Below are positions 46,808 to 54,427 of a DNA stretch of 64,000 bases, one piece after another. The notes under the pieces were generated by a model, which saw only the letters and a program-made list of their open reading frames with translations, ran no database searches and was not told where the DNA came from. Location of the stretch: positions 32,538-96,537 of the forward strand of contig DASWJP010000109.1 in assembly GCA_036397065.1 (NCBI GenBank). Reading direction: 5' to 3'. Position 1 is the first letter of the stretch. Every line of letters begins with the position of its first letter. The position numbers and the translations under genes are program-made. This stretch comes from Kiloniellales bacterium. GTDB lineage: Bacteria > Pseudomonadota > Alphaproteobacteria > Kiloniellales > J153.

Positions 46808-48130
46808 TTAACCGCGCTGATTCCACATCTGGCCCAGCGCCGTCATGTGCTTGACCAGGAGAGCGCCGTTCTTGTCCCACCAATCGGGAATCGACCGGAA
46901 CTCCTTGATCACCGCCTTGCCATCCTCAATGGCCACGACCGGCCAGTTGCCGACCAAGGCATTGTCGATGCCGAACAGCTCCTTGCCCCACCATTTGGCG
47001 TCGCCAAAGGCATGCTTGCCCTTGCCATCGGCCTTCATGGCGACGAGGACATCGGCGGGCTCGACACTGCCGGCCTTGATCGCCGCATCGGCCCACAGGT
47101 CCATGATCGAAGCGTACTCCCAGGACACCGCGCCCCACTCGCTTTCGCCGTACCGCTTGGCGTATTCGGCGTAGAAGTCGTTCGGTTTCTGGAAATTGAC
47201 GCCATTGCCGTTGAGGGCCGGATCGTCGAAATCCGGGAACTGGAAGATGAAGCCTTCCATGAATTCCTTCGACGTCTTCTCGATGATCTTCGGATAGAAA
47301 TCCGCGGTGCAGGAGATGATCTGGCCTTTGAAGCCCTGCTGATACGCCTGCTCGCACAGCGGGTGGACGTAGTCGGCATAGGCCGTATCGAGGCACAGGA
47401 TATCCGGCTTGTTGGCCAGCAGCTTGGTCATCACCGGCGCGAAGTCGGTGGTGGCCGGATCGAAGAATGTCGGATCTTCCACCACCTTGATGCCGGCCGC
47501 ATCGAAGGCCGCCAGGTAGGTCGCCACCGACGGCTTGCCCAGGGCATCGTCCTGGGCGCAGATGACCGCGGTCTTCAGCTCAGGCTTGTTTTGCGCCAGC
47601 CAGTCGACGCCGGTCACGTTATAGATCGGATGCACCTCGCACGGAGCCACCAGGGTCTTGGTGTCCGGGGTCAGATCGCTGGGCAGCAGCGTTGAGAAGA
47701 GCATGCCCTCCTTCTCGGCGATCTTCTGCACGCCCGGCCATGGATCGCCGCCGAGCATCATGATGAACTTGACGCCGTCTTCCTTGATCAGCTTGGTGGC
47801 GCCGGTGCGCGCCTTGCCGGCATCGTATTCTTCGTCATAGGCGACGAATTCCACCTTGTAGGTATCGCCGCCGATCTGCAGTCCGCCCGCGGCGTTGACC
47901 CAGTCGCCCCAAATCCGGCAGCCATCCAGCCCGGGCTTGCCCCAGGCGGCCACGTCGCCGGTCAACGGCGCGAGGAAGCCGATTTTCACCACCTTCTCCG
48001 CCGCGAAGGCGAATCGCGGCATGGCGGTTTGCGCCATGATGGCGACCGCGCCGGTCGCCGCCGTCGTGCTCAAAAATTGCCGTCTTGATACGCTCGTCGA
48101 GAGTCGATGCTTGCGGGTTTTGGATGTCAT
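46808..48130 (-). CDS. HAAT/amide-type (PBP type I) periplasmic binding protein with a twin-arginine signal (set 2).
   Basis: Start MTSKTRKHRLSTSVSRRQFLSTTAATGAVAIMA at 48130 after a GGGAGGA RBS. The track ORF 46808..48376 is a false extension. Confidence 0.85.
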   Translation of the reverse strand: MTSKTRKHRLSTSVSRRQFLSTTAATGAVAIMAQTAMPRFAFAAEKVVKIGFLAPLTGDVAAWGKPGLDGCRIWGDWVNAAGGLQIGGDTYKVEFVAYDEEYDAGKARTGATKLIKEDGVKFIMMLGGDPWPGVQKIAEKEGMLFSTLLPSDLTPDTKTLVAPCEVHPIYNVTGVDWLAQNKPELKTAVICAQDDALGKPSVATYLAAFDAAGIKVVEDPTFFDPATTDFAPVMTKLLANKPDILCLDTAYADYVHPLCEQAYQQGFKGQIISCTADFYPKIIEKTSKEFMEGFIFQFPDFDDPALNGNGVNFQKPNDFYAEYAKRYGESEWGAVSWEYASIMDLWADAAIKAGSVEPADVLVAMKADGKGKHAFGDAKWWGKELFGIDNALVGNWPVVAIEDGKAVIKEFRSIPDWWDKNGALLVKHMTALGQMWNQRG

Positions 48131-48663
48131 TTTGTCCTCCCATGATGACCGTCGAGCCGCAGCGACATGCGGCCCCGGTCCATCTCGTTGCTTTGTTCGT
48201 TTGCCTGACGGTCCGCGTTGGTCACATTCCCCGTCCGTCACCGTCGCCCCTGCACACCCCCTAAACCACTTTGGACCAAATAGTGCCAGCACATTGCTTG
48301 CATCCTGTGATATATACGCCCCATCTTGTGGTGAGATCAAGGAATGACGGAAAATTGGTTGTAATTGGGTAGACACTGGTCACCGTTCAGCATAACTTTG
48401 CATGAAGCAAATCAATGGGGTCGGGCCGCCGCCCGCGGCGAACCCGGCCACCGCCGATCTGCCGAACGCCGCCCCGTTTGCGCCGGCTGGCGGGCGGAAG
48501 ATCGGCATAGGGAGGGTATAAACGAGAGAGCCGCGCTCACTGCGCCGCGGCCGACGGTTTCCATCAATTCGCATCCGGCGGCGGGTCGAAACCATCTGTT
48601 CGGCCAAGCCCGCCGGGGTGACCGGAGACGGATCGGATCACTGACTTTCGGAGGGAAGTAGGT

Positions 48664-50010
48664 ATGACTCAACGTGTTGCAATTATTGGTGCTGGTCCAT
48701 CCGGCCTTGCTCAGCTCCGGGCCTTTCAATCGGCCGCCGCCAAGGGCGCCGATGTCCCCGAGGTCGTCTGCTTCGAGCGGCAGGAAGATTGGGGCGGCAT
48801 CTGGAACTATACCTGGCGCACCGGCACCGACGAGCTGGGCGAACCCGTCCATTGCAGCATGTACCGCTACCTCTGGTCGAACGGACCGAAGGAATGCCTG
48901 GAGTTCGCCGACTATACCTTCGAGGAGCATTTCGGCCGGCCGATCGCCTCATACCCGCCCCGCGAGGTGTTGTGGGATTACATCAAGGGGCGCGTCGAAA
49001 AAGCCGGCGTGCGCGACAAATGCCGGTTCCGGACACCGGTGCGCCATGTCGAATACTCCGAGAAAACCGGCAAGTTCACCGTCACGGCTCATGATCTGAA
49101 TAAGGATCACGTCTACGCGGAACAGTTTGACTACGTGGTGGTCGCCTCCGGGCATTTTTCCACACCCAACGTGCCGTACTTCAAGGGCTTCGATACCTTT
49201 GGCGGGCGGGTCATGCATGCGCACGATTTCCGCGATGCGCTGGAATTCAAGGGCAAGGACATCATCATCGTCGGCACCAGCTATTCCGCCGAAGACATCG
49301 CATCGCAGTGCCACAAGTACGGCTGCAAGTCCGTGACCATCAGCTACCGGACCAATCCGACCGGCTTCCACTGGCCGGATAGTTTCAAGCAGGTTCCGTT
49401 GATCACAAAAGTCGAGGGCAACACCGTCCATTTCAAGGATGGCTCGTCAACGTATGCGGATGCCATCATCCTATGCACCGGGTATCTGCACCACTTCCCG
49501 TTCCTGCCGGACGATCTGCGGCTGAAGACCGGCAACCGCCTGTGGCCGCTGGATCTCTACAAGGGCGTCGTCTGGGAGAAGAATCCGAAGCTGATGTACC
49601 TCGGCATGCAGGACCAATTCTACACGTTCAACATGTTCGACGCCCAGGCGTGGTATGCCCGGGACGTCATCCTCGGGCGCATCGATTTGCCGTCAAAAGC
49701 CGAGATGACGAAGCACAGCAAGGCCTGGCGGGCGCGCGAGGAAAAACTGAGCACGGACGAGGAAAAGATCTATTTCCAGGGCGATTACACCCAGGAGCTC
49801 ATCGACGCGACCGATTATCCCAGCTTCGATGTCACCGGCGTCAACAAGACGTTCATGGAGTGGGAACACCATAAGCACGAAAACATCATGGGGTTCCGCG
49901 ACAACTCCTATCGTTCCCTGATGACCGGAACCATGTCGCCCAAGCACCATACGCCCTGGATCAAGGCGATGGACGACTCGATGAAGTCCTATCTGGGGAA
50001 AAAGGGTTGA
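48664..50010 (+). CDS. tmm: Trimethylamine monooxygenase (bacterial flavin-containing monooxygenase).
   Basis: FAD motif [12 protein letters not shown] signature FxGxxxHxxxF appears as [16 protein letters not shown] motif VGTSYSAED. About 447 aa, typical of bacterial Tmm. GGAGGG RBS. Confidence 0.85.
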   Translation: MTQRVAIIGAGPSGLAQLRAFQSAAAKGADVPEVVCFERQEDWGGIWNYTWRTGTDELGEPVHCSMYRYLWSNGPKECLEFADYTFEEHFGRPIASYPPREVLWDYIKGRVEKAGVRDKCRFRTPVRHVEYSEKTGKFTVTAHDLNKDHVYAEQFDYVVVASGHFSTPNVPYFKGFDTFGGRVMHAHDFRDALEFKGKDIIIVGTSYSAEDIASQCHKYGCKSVTISYRTNPTGFHWPDSFKQVPLITKVEGNTVHFKDGSSTYADAIILCTGYLHHFPFLPDDLRLKTGNRLWPLDLYKGVVWEKNPKLMYLGMQDQFYTFNMFDAQAWYARDVILGRIDLPSKAEMTKHSKAWRAREEKLSTDEEKIYFQGDYTQELIDATDYPSFDVTGVNKTFMEWEHHKHENIMGFRDNSYRSLMTGTMSPKHHTPWIKAMDDSMKSYLGKKG

Positions 50011-50058
50011 GGGAGCCTTATAGGACGTGATCCGCGCGCCAGCGCCGCCGGTGCGGCG

Positions 50059-50463
50059 CTAGTCCAGCATCTTGTGCAGGCGGGCATCCTTGGTCTTGAA
50101 ATGCCGGGTGAACCATTCCTGCAAATGCGCCGCCAGGGCTTCGTCCGTGTCGCGGTAGGTGCCGCGGTCGAAGTTGTCCATGATATCTCGGATGCCATCG
50201 AGCAGGCGTTCGTGATCCTCCTTGTGGTCGGCGAACTGATCGTAACCATGTTCGCGCATGATCTTTTCCTCCAGCGCGAAGTGCGCCGAGATCTTGGCGT
50301 CGATCTCGCCCAGAAAACCGGCGACCGCCTGTTTATCGATCTTGCCCGACAGTTGGGCATGAAGATCGTTGATCGCCAGAATCAGCTCTTCATGCTCATG
50401 GTCGACCGACGGAATGCCGGTTCGAAATTCATCGCGCCATTCCACAAGGGCCATCGTATTCAT
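50059..50463 (-). CDS. Bacteriohemerythrin-like protein (single-domain hemerythrin).
   Basis: WRDEFRTGIPSVDHEHEELI N-terminus. His/Glu/Asp ligand pattern (H..HE, H..E, H...H....D). Confidence 0.85.
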   Translation of the reverse strand: MNTMALVEWRDEFRTGIPSVDHEHEELILAINDLHAQLSGKIDKQAVAGFLGEIDAKISAHFALEEKIMREHGYDQFADHKEDHERLLDGIRDIMDNFDRGTYRDTDEALAAHLQEWFTRHFKTKDARLHKMLD

Positions 50464-51011
50464 CCCTGATTTGGCTGGCCGTTCCGCGATACGGCGGGGA
50501 CGTCGGGGGTGGCGAAAATGAATCCGCCGGCTTCGGCCTGGAACCCGATCACGAACCTCTGGCGCGGGGCGATCACGACATGGGCTTCCCGCTGATAGTC
50601 GAAGCCTTCGGCCCGGGGACTTTCGCGCATCCGCACGATAAGTGTATAGGAGCCGCTTGGGATGACGAAATTCTTATAGATCTGCGAGGGCCCGTCGCCG
50701 AAAAGGCCGGACGGAGACACGGATTCGCTGACGATGATCTGCCCGTCCAGCTCAACCTCAACCAGCACCGGCGTGCGTTCCCGCGTACAGTCGAGCGGCT
50801 TGCGCATGTTCGCCGGCAGGGCCGCAAGCTCTTCGGCGGTCCGGCGCCGGCATTCCTGGAGATGCTTGCCACTGTGCGCCAGGCTCAAGGTAAGCTGCGC
50901 CTTGTCGTCGTCGAAATGCCGATAGGCCGGGGTATCCGCGAAGAAGCCGAGCACCACCGCGATCAGCGCATAGACGACACCTTGTCCCATATAGCGGAAG
51001 ACATTACCCAT
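50460..51011 (-). CDS. Hypothetical protein with an N-terminal membrane anchor (183 aa).
   Basis: One N-terminal TM (GVVYALIAVVLGFFA) followed by a beta-rich soluble domain. Both ends overlap neighbouring genes (8 nt and 4 nt). No family recognised. Confidence 0.6.
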   Translation of the reverse strand: MGNVFRYMGQGVVYALIAVVLGFFADTPAYRHFDDDKAQLTLSLAHSGKHLQECRRRTAEELAALPANMRKPLDCTRERTPVLVEVELDGQIIVSESVSPSGLFGDGPSQIYKNFVIPSGSYTLIVRMRESPRAEGFDYQREAHVVIAPRQRFVIGFQAEAGGFIFATPDVPAVSRNGQPNQG

Positions 51012-52713
51012 TCGAGTCGTCTCCTCCGGCCACGGCGGGTTGCAGGTGCGGGGCAGCGGGCTTCGGCACGGCCGGCAAACCGGCGCGAAATAACTCTATC
51101 TTGCTGGCCAGCATGGTGCGATCCGCGGCGGCCGCCCAGCAGGTGAGGAGGCGCGCGCGTGGCACCCGTTTGCGCAGGTAGGGATCGCGTTCGCTGGCCA
51201 GCCGGGCGGTCATCCAATCCACCCCATAGCGGTTGAAGCATTCCCCGTCGCGGCAACCGGTAATGACCACGCCATCCGCCAAATCGCGGCTGAGCACGTA
51301 ATCGATGAACGACGGCGGCAGGGCGGCGATGCAGGGCAGGCTGAGCGTGCCGATGCCGTCGCCCGCCAGACGATCGAGCGGAGCGGCGTGATCGCAGCCG
51401 AAGACAATCACCCGGCGATCGCCGGAAAGAATGGCCGACGCGGCTTCCACCCGGTCGCGCAACTCGGGCAGCGAACGGTCGGGCAGGTCGATTCCTGGAA
51501 CCAGCGCGCTGGCCCGGCGGAACGGTGTCGACGTCGGGCACGATCCGGCGCAGATGCCGCAGGCGACGCACACGGACGCATCAACCGTGGCTTCATTCTC
51601 GAACGGCAATCCGTCGCTGCGTGGCCGCATGACGATGGCATTATAGGGACAATCGTTGGCGCACCGTTCGCACCCATTGCAGTTGTCCAGGTTCACCGTG
51701 GCTGCGGCCGGGCGCCGCACCGGCGGCAGCCAGGGCAAGGCGAAAAGCATGAACGTCAGCACCCCGGCAAATCCCCAGACGGCCCCATACGACGTGGCAT
51801 CCATCAAGGGATAGGCCGGGAGGTAAAACCAGTCGAGATTGAGGACACCGGGCACGACCGTCAGATCGGCCGGCGGATGGCTGACCGCCGGCTTGACGAA
51901 GGAGAGCGCCACCAGCATGAGGAACGTACCAACGGCCAGACCCCGTTTGGGGTTGATCCTGGGCTTGGTCACCCGTTGCAGATGAATCCACAAGACCAGC
52001 AGGAGCAACAATGGTGCCACGATATGAATGAACGTCAGCAGGGTGAAAAAGCGGTCGTCCAGCGAGTTTGGCGACAAAAAATTCCGTGCGATCGCCTCGC
52101 CGAAGATGCCGAGCCAATCGAGCCATTCTGTACTGGCAATGGCGATGTATTGCGCCAGCTCGTCCCACACCATCCAATACCCGGTGATACCGGCGACAAA
52201 AACCAGCCACAGGATAGGCGTGCCCGTGACCCATGTGAACCAGCGCGCCCCCCGATACCGGTCGAGCGCAAACTCGCGCAACATATGGACGGCCATCATG
52301 AGGATCATGCCGTCGGAGGCATAGCGATGCAGGCTGCGCATGACGCCGCCCAGGTACCACTGGTCCACGGTCAAATATTCTACCGACTCGTAGGCCTCGG
52401 TCGTGCCGGTATCGAAGAAGATGTAAACGTAGATGCCGCTGACCGCGACCACCCAATAGTAAAAGAAGCCAAGCGCGCCCAGCTGATAGAGCGGGTTCCA
52501 GGCCGCCCCGAAGATGCGGTCCAGGACCGCTTCGACGCGTTCGAATCCCCACCGCAATCCGCGTTGCACGAGCGCCACCGGCTCGCCATTCAGGCTGGCA
52601 CGGCGGCTTTGATCGCCGAGGGATTCGCTGCGGGTGGGCGCGCGCAAAGCCGGCTCAGACACTATGCGCGTTCGGCCGCGTCCGAAGCCAGGCGCGGACC
52701 AGGATCGTGCCAA
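51004..52713 (-). CDS. Fusion protein: di-heme cytochrome b (bc1/b6 N-terminal type), extra TM helices, a 2x[4Fe-4S] ferredoxin domain, and an MvhD-like (methyl-viologen-reducing hydrogenase delta subunit) domain.
   Basis: Two H-x13-H pairs (HRYASDGMILMMAVH and HIVAPLLLLLVLWIH). CNGCERCANDCP and CVACGICAGSCP motifs. MvhD-like VIVFGCDHAA...LPCIAALPPSFIDYVL...ITGCRDGECFNRYG. The start is uncertain (TTG at 52713 or GTG at 52662). Confidence 0.75.
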   Translation of the reverse strand: MARSWSAPGFGRGRTRIVSEPALRAPTRSESLGDQSRRASLNGEPVALVQRGLRWGFERVEAVLDRIFGAAWNPLYQLGALGFFYYWVVAVSGIYVYIFFDTGTTEAYESVEYLTVDQWYLGGVMRSLHRYASDGMILMMAVHMLREFALDRYRGARWFTWVTGTPILWLVFVAGITGYWMVWDELAQYIAIASTEWLDWLGIFGEAIARNFLSPNSLDDRFFTLLTFIHIVAPLLLLLVLWIHLQRVTKPRINPKRGLAVGTFLMLVALSFVKPAVSHPPADLTVVPGVLNLDWFYLPAYPLMDATSYGAVWGFAGVLTFMLFALPWLPPVRRPAAATVNLDNCNGCERCANDCPYNAIVMRPRSDGLPFENEATVDASVCVACGICAGSCPTSTPFRRASALVPGIDLPDRSLPELRDRVEAASAILSGDRRVIVFGCDHAAPLDRLAGDGIGTLSLPCIAALPPSFIDYVLSRDLADGVVITGCRDGECFNRYGVDWMTARLASERDPYLRKRVPRARLLTCWAAAADRTMLASKIELFRAGLPAVPKPAAPHLQPAVAGGDDSNG

Positions 52714-53503
52714 TGCCGATCAAACTGCTGGCGCCGACGATGAGGCCGATAAAGATGGCGTAGTCGAAACGATACCGGTCGCGGTTCGGATCGTAATACG
52801 TGCAGAACAGACGCAGCCGATTGGTCAAATATTCGAGCGTGTTCGACGACGACGAGGCGCGGCCGAAGATCAATTCGATCAAGGGTTCTGTCAAGGCCGG
52901 CGCGGTGAACTGCGACCCGTAGACCTGGCGATAGATGATCCCCTCGGCGTCGATGACCGTGGTTTGCGCCAGATGATCGTAACCGCGCGGCGACGGGAAA
53001 TAAATGAATCCCAAATTCTCCACCAAGCCCTCGATGGCGGCGGCTTCGCCACTCAGAAAATCCCAGTTCGGCAGATCGACCCCTTGGCCGCGGGCGAAGG
53101 CGCGCATCCGTTCTGGCGTATCGTCGCCCGCGTCGAAGCCGATGGTCACGACCGAGAAGGCATCCTTGCCCACCGCATCCTGCGCCACGTCGACGGCATT
53201 GCGCAGGGTCTGTACGACAATCGGGCACGAGTCGCTGCACGCTGTAAAGACCAGATTTACAACCAAGGGTTTGCCCCGGTAGTCGGACAGGCGGATCGGG
53301 CGGCGCTGCGTATCGAGAAAACCGCGATCATCCAGAGGGCGGCCGATAGCCGCCTGGCTGTAAGCGATGGCGGCGCCTTGATCGAAAGGCTCCGGCGCCG
53401 GCGCTCTGGTCTCCGCGGCCGCCTGCATGGAACCGGCGATCAACAGGATCGCGCCCAGAAACGGAAACAGGCGGGACATGTGGCGGATTTGAGGGCCGGA
53501 CAT
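52655..53503 (-). CDS. SCO1/SenC-family copper chaperone-like protein with an N-terminal signal and an extra C-terminal TM anchor.
   Basis: CxxxC appears as FTACSDSCP, with a downstream His (YDHLAQTTVID). C-terminal segment YDPNRDRYRFDYAIFIGLIVGASSLIGIG. Confidence 0.75.
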   Translation of the reverse strand: MSGPQIRHMSRLFPFLGAILLIAGSMQAAAETRAPAPEPFDQGAAIAYSQAAIGRPLDDRGFLDTQRRPIRLSDYRGKPLVVNLVFTACSDSCPIVVQTLRNAVDVAQDAVGKDAFSVVTIGFDAGDDTPERMRAFARGQGVDLPNWDFLSGEAAAIEGLVENLGFIYFPSPRGYDHLAQTTVIDAEGIIYRQVYGSQFTAPALTEPLIELIFGRASSSSNTLEYLTNRLRLFCTYYDPNRDRYRFDYAIFIGLIVGASSLIGIGTILVRAWLRTRPNAHSV

Positions 53504-53519
53504 GGGACCGCTTCGCCCC

Positions 53520-54386
53520 CTATCCCAAAATCACGCGGTCAAGTATCGCCGCGAACAGGAGCAGGCCGAGTTGAACGAGCGACGCGAAAAAATTCACCAT
53601 CGCCGCCTTGGGTCCGGGGTTCTTGGCCAGGCGGACCGAATTCAGGACGAAATATCCGCCACCGGCCACCGCCCCGGCCAGATAGATCCATCCCATGCCG
53701 AGTGCGGCCGGCACCAAGGACAGCAAGACCAAGGCCACCGTGTGCGCCAGAATGACCTTGGCAGCCACGGCATCGCCGACCACGACCGGCAGCATCGGTA
53801 CGCCGGCGGCCGCGTATTCCTTGTGCAGGGCGGTCGCCAGGCTCCAGAAATGCGGCGGTGTCCAGAGAAAGAGCACAACCGCGAGCACGATGGGCGCGGC
53901 GGACAGCGCCGGGTCCACGGCGGAGGCACCGGCCAGCACCGCGAAGCTGCCGGCCAGGCCGCCGAGCACGATGTTCAGCCACGTCCGGTTCTTGAGCCAG
54001 ATGGTGTAGACGACGCCGTAGGTGAAGGCACCGAGAAAGACATGCAGCGCCACGGCGAAGTTGAACGTCCAGGCCGCCATGGCCACCGCCAAGGCCAGAA
54101 TGCCCAGGATCGCCCCCAGCCATAGCGGCCCGGCCGTGAACGCGCCGGTGACGAACGGACGGTTGCGGGTGCGCGCCATGCGCGCGTCCAGGTCTCGCTC
54201 AACGTACTGGTTGAACGCCCCGGCGCTGGCCGCCGACAGCAGCACGGCCACGGCGAGCACGGCAATCTTCCAGCCCGCCACCGCCGGCCCCGGCGTCACC
54301 GCCAGCCCGCCCAGGGCGCACAGCATGATCGCCAAGCCGATACGAAGCTTGAAGACGGACCAGAACTGTCCAATGGTGCTCGCCAT
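53520..54386 (-). CDS. ctaB: Protoheme IX farnesyltransferase (heme O synthase).
   Basis: Start MASTIGQFWSV at 54386. UbiA-family motifs NQYVERDLDARMARTRNRP and WTPPHFWSLA. The track ORF 53520..54857 is a false extension. Confidence 0.85.
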   Translation of the reverse strand: MASTIGQFWSVFKLRIGLAIMLCALGGLAVTPGPAVAGWKIAVLAVAVLLSAASAGAFNQYVERDLDARMARTRNRPFVTGAFTAGPLWLGAILGILALAVAMAAWTFNFAVALHVFLGAFTYGVVYTIWLKNRTWLNIVLGGLAGSFAVLAGASAVDPALSAAPIVLAVVLFLWTPPHFWSLATALHKEYAAAGVPMLPVVVGDAVAAKVILAHTVALVLLSLVPAALGMGWIYLAGAVAGGGYFVLNSVRLAKNPGPKAAMVNFFASLVQLGLLLFAAILDRVILG

Positions 54387-54427
54387 GGTTTCCTCGCGAA
54401 CGGTCAAGCCGCCAGCCGTGCGGCCGG

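Noticed and set aside
48286-48302. CAGCAC-ATTGC-TTGCA, a sigma-54-like -24/-12 arrangement facing tmm.
   Set aside because: The conserved -24 GG is AG here, and no enhancer-binding-protein gene is nearby. It is mentioned only as a weak possibility.
48418-48640. Possible ZTP/THF-type or other known riboswitch in the tmm leader (GGGTCG...GGCGAAC resembles part of the pfl/ZTP motif).
   Set aside because: The remaining ZTP hallmarks are missing: the TGACTGGCG junction and the 3' CCGCCTGGGCA pseudoknot partner. I could not match any other consensus by eye. It is kept only as an unclassified structured leader.
48365-48661. 98-aa plus-strand ORF ending 3 nt before tmm.
   Set aside because: The translation is Arg-rich and low-complexity, with no RBS and no domain. 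It coincides with the hairpin-rich leader and is most likely non-coding.
50042-50059. Hairpin GCGCCGC-CGGT-GCGGCGC between the convergent tmm and hemerythrin genes, as a bidirectional terminator.
   Set aside because: There is no flanking T- or A-run on either side, and it overlaps the hemerythrin stop codon. It is too weak to call.
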